Source: Chrysochromulina tobinii (Eukaryota). Taken from it: a DNA stretch of 45,239 bases. Shown here one piece after another: positions 39,361-45,239 of this stretch (its first letter is position 1; each line of letters starts with the position of its first letter). The stretch spans positions 1 through 45,239 of the forward strand of contig JWZX01002081.1 of the NCBI GenBank assembly GCA_001275005.1, in the 5' to 3' direction. The translations under genes were made by a program, and so were the position numbers. The notes beneath the pieces are model-generated. The model was not told where the DNA came from. It ran no database searches and saw only the letters and a list, made by a program, of their open reading frames with translations.

Positions 39361-40464
39361 GCCGACTATTTCGGGGCTCACCCATGCTGCAACGCGCACG
39401 CCGGTCGTGCCGAAAGAGCACCCCACAAATATGCGTTCGTTCGGTTCCTGAGGCCCCGGGTTGCGCCCATTTCGAGAGGTTGCTGCCCGTCACCGTCGTC
39501 CCAGGGTCCCGCGCCTCAAAATCCTATGAAACTGACAAGGGGCTCCCAGCCCCTTGAAACTGATCGGAGTTTGCACAAATACCCGGTAGACATTTCAAGA
39601 AATAAGTCGTTTCGCAGAAGTTAGACAAAACTCCACAAGAAGCATGCTTGACAACACACATTATGGAATGTGAATGTGTGTCTGTGTGACTTCTACATGT
39701 AGCACACAAGAACCCATCCGAAGCATTTGCGTGTACATGTACGTACCGAATTACATAAGCCTGGCATTTTGCGTCACGACTTCATCCAAACTCCGAGTTG
39801 GACCGAGCTGAGCGCTTTCTATCCGGCCAGCGCACAAATCGTATGAAAGTCGCAAACTGTACCGTACGTGTGTACGAGTCCACGCTAGTCTGTAGTCTCT
39901 AGACGTCTAGAGAACGATTCGAGTTGAGAAAGTCGCCAACAATTGTCCATGCAATTCGTCTCGGTAGCGGACGGGAAGCGGTTTCGCTAAGAAGCTAAGA
40001 AACGCGAAAGCCTCGCGAAAAAATCCGTGTCCGGTGAGCGGTGTTCTTGTGCTGGGTCAATAATAATTAAACTCAATAACACTTAACTGATCAGACAGTC
40101 CTTTAATAAACAGCCCCAGGAGCCGGCCACGGGCCGGGCTTCGAGTCCTACACATCACACGAGAACCGCGACCGCTCGCTCACCCTTTGATTGTGCGCGC
40201 ACCCGCGCACCCCACAGACTTGCCACTGCAGCCCTGGCATGTATCTATCCTGCGCGGCTGCGTGGTCTGACGCCTTGGGCTCACCACTGCGCGAGCGGCT
40301 CAGGTCCCATCGACTTGATATTCGAGGGCAGAAGCAGCTTGCTCTCGGCGCTCGAAGTGCGCCCCAAGCTGCGCCCGATGCCGGCCAGCCACAGACGCGT
40401 GCGCAGCGCCGCGCGCAGCCGCTTCCAGCGGCGCGGGCCGGTCGCTGTCCCGTCGCCGGCCCCA

Positions 40465-43400
40465 CTATCCTGACCGGCGATGTGCGCGGCCATCAACGAC
40501 TCCATGCGCTCGGCACGGCGCGCGTCGCGTTGGGCACACCGGTCGGCGGACGTCAGCGCCGGCTCGGGCGCCGCGATGTGCGCCCACAGCAGCGCGGGCG
40601 TATGGCGCCAGATCGGGCGCCGGCGCCGGCTCGTCGAAGGCACTCGCGGCACAGCGCGCGAACGAATGATCCTCACTGTCCGCGTCGGCATTGCTCGCCT
40701 GCGCGTCCTGAGCGTCGAGAGGCTTGGTGCCGTCGTGGGCGACGCCCTCGACGAAGGGCGGCATGCAAGTTCTCACCACGACGCCCTCGACGAAGGGCGG
40801 CACGCTGTAGGCACGCCGACGGCGGCGGGTGAGGAGGAAGCGGGAGCGCATCGAGCGCGCGAAGGCCTTTGGCGGCGTCGAGCGCGCGAGCATCCCCGCG
40901 GCTGCCCTTGGCGGGGTGGGTGCCTCGTCCTCCGACGCCTCCTGCGCCTCGTCAGCAGTCGTGGCCGTCGTTCCTCTGCAGGCCATCGCGCCAGTGCACG
41001 CATCGCTCGCGGGCTCGGCCGGCGCCGCGCCGGGCGCCTCGGGCCCGAACCACGAGTAGATCTGGGCGGGCTGGGGCGCTAGTAGCGGGAAGCACTGCGA
41101 CGACCTCGGTGATGCCCGCGCCGACCCCCTCGGCGACCCCCTCGGCGAGGCGCGGCGCGGCGAGAGCGCGCCGGAGCGGCGCAGGGCGATGGCGCCCGCT
41201 GCGGCCACTTGCCACCGCTTGGGCTTCGTCACACCTTTGTTGACAACCGTGCTCAGCGCCTTCTCGCGAGCCGAGGCGTCCACGGCGGCGCGGGCGGCGT
41301 GCAGCCGGATGGCAAGCTCTGCCATCTGGCGGCTCGCCGGGGTAGCCTTCGGAGCCACCGCCGCCGCTGCCGCTGCCGCCGCCGCCGCCGTGTGTAGTCC
41401 CGTCACGGCAGGTGAAACCCTTTGAGCGGCGACGTCCTTGGCTGCCACGCGGTCGGCGGCGGTGTCGGCGAGCTCGTAAAGCATGCGGACCATCTCCAAG
41501 GTGACAGAGACGCATTGGTCGCGGTAAACGGCGCGCTCTCGTGTCGAGGGGACATGGGGGGTCGCGGCAGGCACGGCGGGCGCTGCTGCAGGCTGCGGAG
41601 CCGCGTCCTCGGGAATGCCATGGCTGCTCGCGATGACACGGCGAACAGTGGCGCGTGGAAGTGACGATGCGGACGGGGATGCTCCCAGTCCAAGGGCCGG
41701 TGCGGTCTGGGCGCCGCCGGTGCCACCATTCCAACGCGCGACCGGGATTCGGCTGGCCGGCAGCGTCGGCGAGGCCTCCATTGAGATCGTCATGGCGGCC
41801 GTCGAAACGGGTGCGATCCCTCTCTTGGTGGTGGTCAGCCACGGCGCCGCCGGGACGGCAGCGACCACGCTCTTCGTTGTGCTCACGTGTGGTGCCCCCT
41901 TTGGCCGCGCCGTCGGCTGCGGCGGCGCGGCGCCCGGCTCAGCAGGCCGTGGGGACAGTGGCTCCGCAGCCGGCACGGCAGGCTGTGGGGCCACTGGCTT
42001 GGGAGCAAGAGCCATCGCGGTACGCTCCTCCTCTTCCAAAAGGAAGCGCTGCACGGCCGCTCGCTGCTCCGCGGCGGCTCGCCGCCTCTCTTCCCGCCGT
42101 CGACGGCCTTCCCATTCAGAGTCGCGAGGCGAGGCGCGATCTGCCGACGCAGAAGACGCGCTCGCGTCGAGCACGGCGGTGGGAGAGTCACACGACCCGA
42201 GTGGCGACGCGAGCGGCGCCTTTGGCGGCACCCAATCGGCGGAGGGACGGGGCGGCGTCCATGCCGCAGGCGACGGCTCGGCGCCGGCGGCCTCGCTCGC
42301 TGCCTCCACCGACTCCTCTTCGAGTACAGCTACCTGCTCGTCTTCGCCCATCCCCTCCGCCGCTGCTTCGGCTCCGGCCGCTCCTGCTGTCTCCGCCGCT
42401 TCTGGTGCCTCCGGTGCCTCCGCCGCTACCTTCTCCGTCGCTGTCGCATCCACGGCACTCCCTACGTGAGGCGTCGCGTGCCACGCGCTCGCAGCTCCCC
42501 AGCACTCCGCAGCGGAGCGCAGCCGCGGCAGGTGCGACGTGAAGGAGCTTGGCTGGCTTGGCGTGAAGGTGCCACGGTAGCTAGGCTGACTTGGCTTGGA
42601 CGAGGGCTCGAGATCTGGCCGTGGGAGATCTGGCCGTGGGAGATCTGGTCGTGGCAGCGGAATCGTCTTCGAGCGTGCTGGCGGCGGAAAGAGGGGCTCG
42701 GCGAGCGGCTCGAGGGTCGATGGAGGAGGCGGCGGCGCGCCTGGGGGAGGCGGCGGCGGTGGCGTCGCTGGCGGTGGCGGCGGAGGCGGTGTTGCTCCGC
42801 CTACTGTCTCGGCGTCCACCAGACCATCGATCCTCCCCTCGATCGCATCCTCCTCCTCCTGCCCCGCATCGTCGTGCTCCACCTCCTCCTGCCCCGCCTC
42901 GTCGTGATCCACCTCGTCGTAACCTCCCTCCTTGCCCCCTGAGAGTCCGATCGTGGCGGCGGTACGCATCTTCTGCCGCAACGCTTCCTTGTACACGTTC
43001 GCTGGGGTCCACTGGCGGCACAAGGAGGGAGGCGGCAGCACGGAGGACAGCGTCACGTTATACCTACCCGCCGCTGTGACCTCAGGCACGATCTCTCGGT
43101 TGGAGGAAATCGACGATGAGAAAAGCCGTGGCGCCAGCTGCGCCGCCATCGCCGTCGCCGCCGCAGCATTCGTCGCCGCCTTCGCCGCCGCCTCGACCTC
43201 CGTCGCCAGCGATAGCGCCGTCGACCCCGCAGAAGCCTCACTCGGCGCCGGACCCCGCTTCAGCAGCGCGTCCAGCCTCGCACCGCCCATGGCGATCTCG
43301 CGGCTCGTCTCCTCGCCCACCTGCCGGAGGTGCTCCTTTGCCTGTGCAACCTTCTGGCGCAGCTCGTCGAGGCTTGAGGTCTCGGTTGCCCGGCGCGCCT

Positions 43401-44307
43401 CGACCATGCGCGCTGTCTCGGCTGCGACCCGCTGTGCCGCCGCCCGAGCAGCTTCCCGAAAACGTCCGGACGCGACTGACGCGAAGCCGCCGTAGGTCGT
43501 GGGAGGGCGCAGCGGTGGCTCGTGGAGCGCCGTCTCGTCCAAGTCCTCGTCCGAGGCCCAGGCCAGCGTCTCCTCATCGTCGGACAACTGCCGAGGGTCA
43601 GAGGGCATGGGCGCGACCGCAGCTGCCGCTGGCGCCACCACCGCCGCCCTCGGCGCCACCGCCGCCGCCCTCGGCGCATCGTAAGCCGGCGCAGGCGTGA
43701 CCTCCTGAGCAGCCGCAAAGTGCGTGTCGAGGCGGCAGCGCAACTCGGAGCGAGGCTGCTGCTCGCTCGAGCGCAGTCGTGTGATGATGGCGCCCTCGTC
43801 GGTCCTCGCACTGACCACGCTCGCCGCGCTCACTGGCGCATACCTTCCACAGGCAAATGGGCGCTCTGGCGGTGTGTGCAGCGCGTGCCGATCCGACGAG
43901 AGGACCGGCCGGCACTCCCCGGAGAGCGCCTCGTAGCCACGAACGCAGCGCGGGCACCTGCAAGACGCATCTCGCAGGCAGCGCACCGTCTCGTCGTGCT
44001 GCACCAGGGCCGGAGAGTGCTCCGTAGGCTCTTGAAGGCGTGATCCCGACCAGGAGAGCTGTGGACGCGCGGCTGGGCGGCGGTCGGCCGATGGTGGCGT
44101 TGCGGCAAAAGACAGGCGTCCCCTTGAGGAGTTTGAGTCGGCGGTGCTCGGCCGAGAAGAGTGCCGAGAATTAGAGCCGTTCGAGAGGCGGCCGCGGAGG
44201 AGCCTCAATGCAGAGGCGATCTCTTCCGGTGGTGGGTCAGTCGCGGTCGGGTCGGCGCGGTAGGCGGAGAGCCGGGCAAGGGTTGGCGCACGGCCCAGGG
44301 AAGTCAT
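40465..44307 (-). CDS. Large low-complexity Pro/Ala/Glu-rich protein with short coiled-coil segments; 3' end uncertain
   Basis: Open frame of ~1280 codons from the likely ATG at 44307 (MTSLGRAP), with a poly-Pro tract, acidic tracts and a small CLRDASCRCPRC motif. No recognisable domain. Confidence 0.65.
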   Translation of the reverse strand: MTSLGRAPTLARLSAYRADPTATDPPPEEIASALRLLRGRLSNGSNSRHSSRPSTADSNSSRGRLSFAATPPSADRRPAARPQLSWSGSRLQEPTEHSPALVQHDETVRCLRDASCRCPRCVRGYEALSGECRPVLSSDRHALHTPPERPFACGRYAPVSAASVVSARTDEGAIITRLRSSEQQPRSELRCRLDTHFAAAQEVTPAPAYDAPRAAAVAPRAAVVAPAAAAVAPMPSDPRQLSDDEETLAWASDEDLDETALHEPPLRPPTTYGGFASVASGRFREAARAAAQRVAAETARMVEARRATETSSLDELRQKVAQAKEHLRQVGEETSREIAMGGARLDALLKRGPAPSEASAGSTALSLATEVEAAAKAATNAAAATAMAAQLAPRLFSSSISSNREIVPEVTAAGRYNVTLSSVLPPPSLCRQWTPANVYKEALRQKMRTAATIGLSGGKEGGYDEVDHDEAGQEEVEHDDAGQEEEDAIEGRIDGLVDAETVGGATPPPPPPPATPPPPPPPGAPPPPPSTLEPLAEPLFPPPARSKTIPLPRPDLPRPDLPRPDLEPSSKPSQPSYRGTFTPSQPSSFTSHLPRLRSAAECWGAASAWHATPHVGSAVDATATEKVAAEAPEAPEAAETAGAAGAEAAAEGMGEDEQVAVLEEESVEAASEAAGAEPSPAAWTPPRPSADWVPPKAPLASPLGSCDSPTAVLDASASSASADRASPRDSEWEGRRRREERRRAAAEQRAAVQRFLLEEEERTAMALAPKPVAPQPAVPAAEPLSPRPAEPGAAPPQPTARPKGAPHVSTTKSVVAAVPAAPWLTTTKRGIAPVSTAAMTISMEASPTLPASRIPVARWNGGTGGAQTAPALGLGASPSASSLPRATVRRVIASSHGIPEDAAPQPAAAPAVPAATPHVPSTRERAVYRDQCVSVTLEMVRMLYELADTAADRVAAKDVAAQRVSPAVTGLHTAAAAAAAAAAVAPKATPASRQMAELAIRLHAARAAVDASAREKALSTVVNKGVTKPKRWQVAAAGAIALRRSGALSPRRASPRGSPRGSARASPRSSQCFPLLAPQPAQIYSWFGPEAPGAAPAEPASDACTGAMACRGTTATTADEAQEASEDEAPTPPRAAAGMLARSTPPKAFARSMRSRFLLTRRRRRAYSVPPFVEGVVVRTCMPPFVEGVAHDGTKPLDAQDAQASNADADSEDHSFARCAASAFDEPAPAPDLAPYARAAVGAHRGARAGADVRRPVCPTRRAPCRAHGVVDGRAHRRSG

Positions 44308-44594
44308 TGTAGAGCGCTCGAGACGGTGGGACGCGGGAAAACTCGCCCCTCCTTTCTGTGAATGGGAACACGCACGCCGAGCGCGGCGGGCCGACTCCCC
44401 TGTGGGGAAAACGGGGAGGAGTGGGAAAACTAGAATGCTTCGTTCGTGTGTTGGTTCGGCGCGTTTCGCGCGATGAAGCGCATTAAAAGCCTTCGCACGG
44501 CGCGTTACGCGCATAAAGCCTTCACCGGACCTTGTCACCGGAGCCTGAGTCTGCATGTTGCCTGTCAATGGTTGCCTGTCTGAGTTATGTCTGA

Positions 44595-44700
44595 GGGGGA
44601 AGGGTTCCTGCTTCCCCCGCCCCCCGCCGATTAACGGCCTGTGTAACGGCCTGTGTAACGGCCTGTGTAACGGCCTGGGGCAAGGAGGAACCCTTCCCCC
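44595..44700. mobile_element. 106-bp MITE-like / hairpin element: 15-bp perfect inverted repeats enclosing a 12-bp tandem array
   Basis: GGGGGAAGGGTTCCT (44595-44609) and AGGAACCCTTCCCCC (44686-44700) flank (TAACGGCCTGTG)~4. Confidence 0.55.
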
Positions 44701-45004
44701 GACGGGGCCGCTGTTAGCTGCGGCTGCGGCTCATACAATCACGTGAACATGCGTGAACACCTTCCATGCGCGTTTGGTAGATTCAATTATTCAAATGCGC
44801 TAGAAAGCCGAGCGCCTGAACAGACGGCACTGGCAAAGTGGCAATGGGCTTGGTTTCTTCAAAGCTCTTCGGGGGGACGCTCCGCTGAGTCTGTTGTGAA
44901 AGCCGAGTGTGCCGTCGACGATGTTACATGTCATAGACGATATCAGCGCAAATAACGGCCAACGTACTGTGAAAAACCGCAAAAGGAAACTCGAGATACA
45001 GGAA

Positions 45005-45239
45005 ATGCGGCTGGGACACAGCATAACCTCGGTGATCCTCGTACTCAGCCTCGCGCTTCAAGCTGCAGGGCAATCGCTTCTTTGCGATAACACCTGCAAC
45101 TTCCCCGTAGACGGAGAGTGCGACGATGGTGGGCCAGGAGGAGAGTTTTTGTCCTGCGGCCTCGGAACGGATTGCCAGGATTGTGGCCCCCGCCCAATTA
45201 GTTCCACCCCCGGGCAGCAGTATTACTCATACTACACGT
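45005..45239 (+). CDS. 5' end of a secreted Cys-rich protein with CDDGGPG motif (partial)
   Basis: Manual translation: MRLGHSITSVILVLSLALQAAGQSLLCDNTCNFPVDGECDDGGPGGEFLSCGLGTDCQDCGPRP..., a signal peptide plus a 6-Cys acidic module. Runs off the window and is not in the ORF track. Confidence 0.85.
   Translation, partial: MRLGHSITSVILVLSLALQAAGQSLLCDNTCNFPVDGECDDGGPGGEFLSCGLGTDCQDCGPRPISSTPGQQYYSYYT

Noticed and set aside
39427..40280. AT-richer intergenic stretch as an ncRNA or transposon
   Set aside because: No recognisable tRNA/snRNA structure, terminal repeats or coding remnant by eye.
42720..42800. Formin FH1-FH2 or WASP-type identity for the poly-Pro protein
   Set aside because: A poly-Pro tract is present but no FH2 or WH2 domain was recognisable.
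702..43811. Numerous long overlapping or antisense ORFs (e.g. 702..2048, 5189..6319, 12633..13823, 25332..26330, 41887..42942)
   Set aside because: Arg/Ala/Pro-rich shadow frames expected in high-GC coding DNA. They have no motifs and overlap better-supported genes.

Overview
GC-rich, gene-dense, intron-poor eukaryotic nuclear DNA, most likely from a haptophyte alga. That assignment is an inference from the CDDGGPG cysteine motif at the right edge, the (TTGAC)n microsatellites, short GT-AG introns and the gene repertoire. About 18-19 protein-coding genes are present. In order: a coiled-coil protein, PUB+PHD protein, small membrane protein with one in-frame intron, tri-domain TIGR02466-like 2OG-Fe(II) oxygenase, degenerate SET-like protein, TLC-domain protein, HSL-family esterase, F-box protein, TBL/PC-esterase O-acetyltransferase, MOV10/SDE3-like RNA helicase, USP37-like deubiquitinase, XEG113-like GT77 glycosyltransferase, TylF/MycF-like O-methyltransferase, second F-box-like protein, SGNH-like protein, MycE-like O-methyltransferase, large low-complexity protein, and the 5' end of a secreted Cys-rich protein. 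The best candidate for an undescribed system is a ~9.4 kb minus-strand group (GT77 + TylF-like MT + SGNH-like + MycE-like MT), which could be a eukaryotic glycan O-methylation/tailoring cluster. Also notable are several small dispersed or palindromic non-coding elements and pervasive short tandem duplications. No rRNA, tRNA, CRISPR array or transposase was recognised. All domain calls are by eye from motifs; no searches were run.
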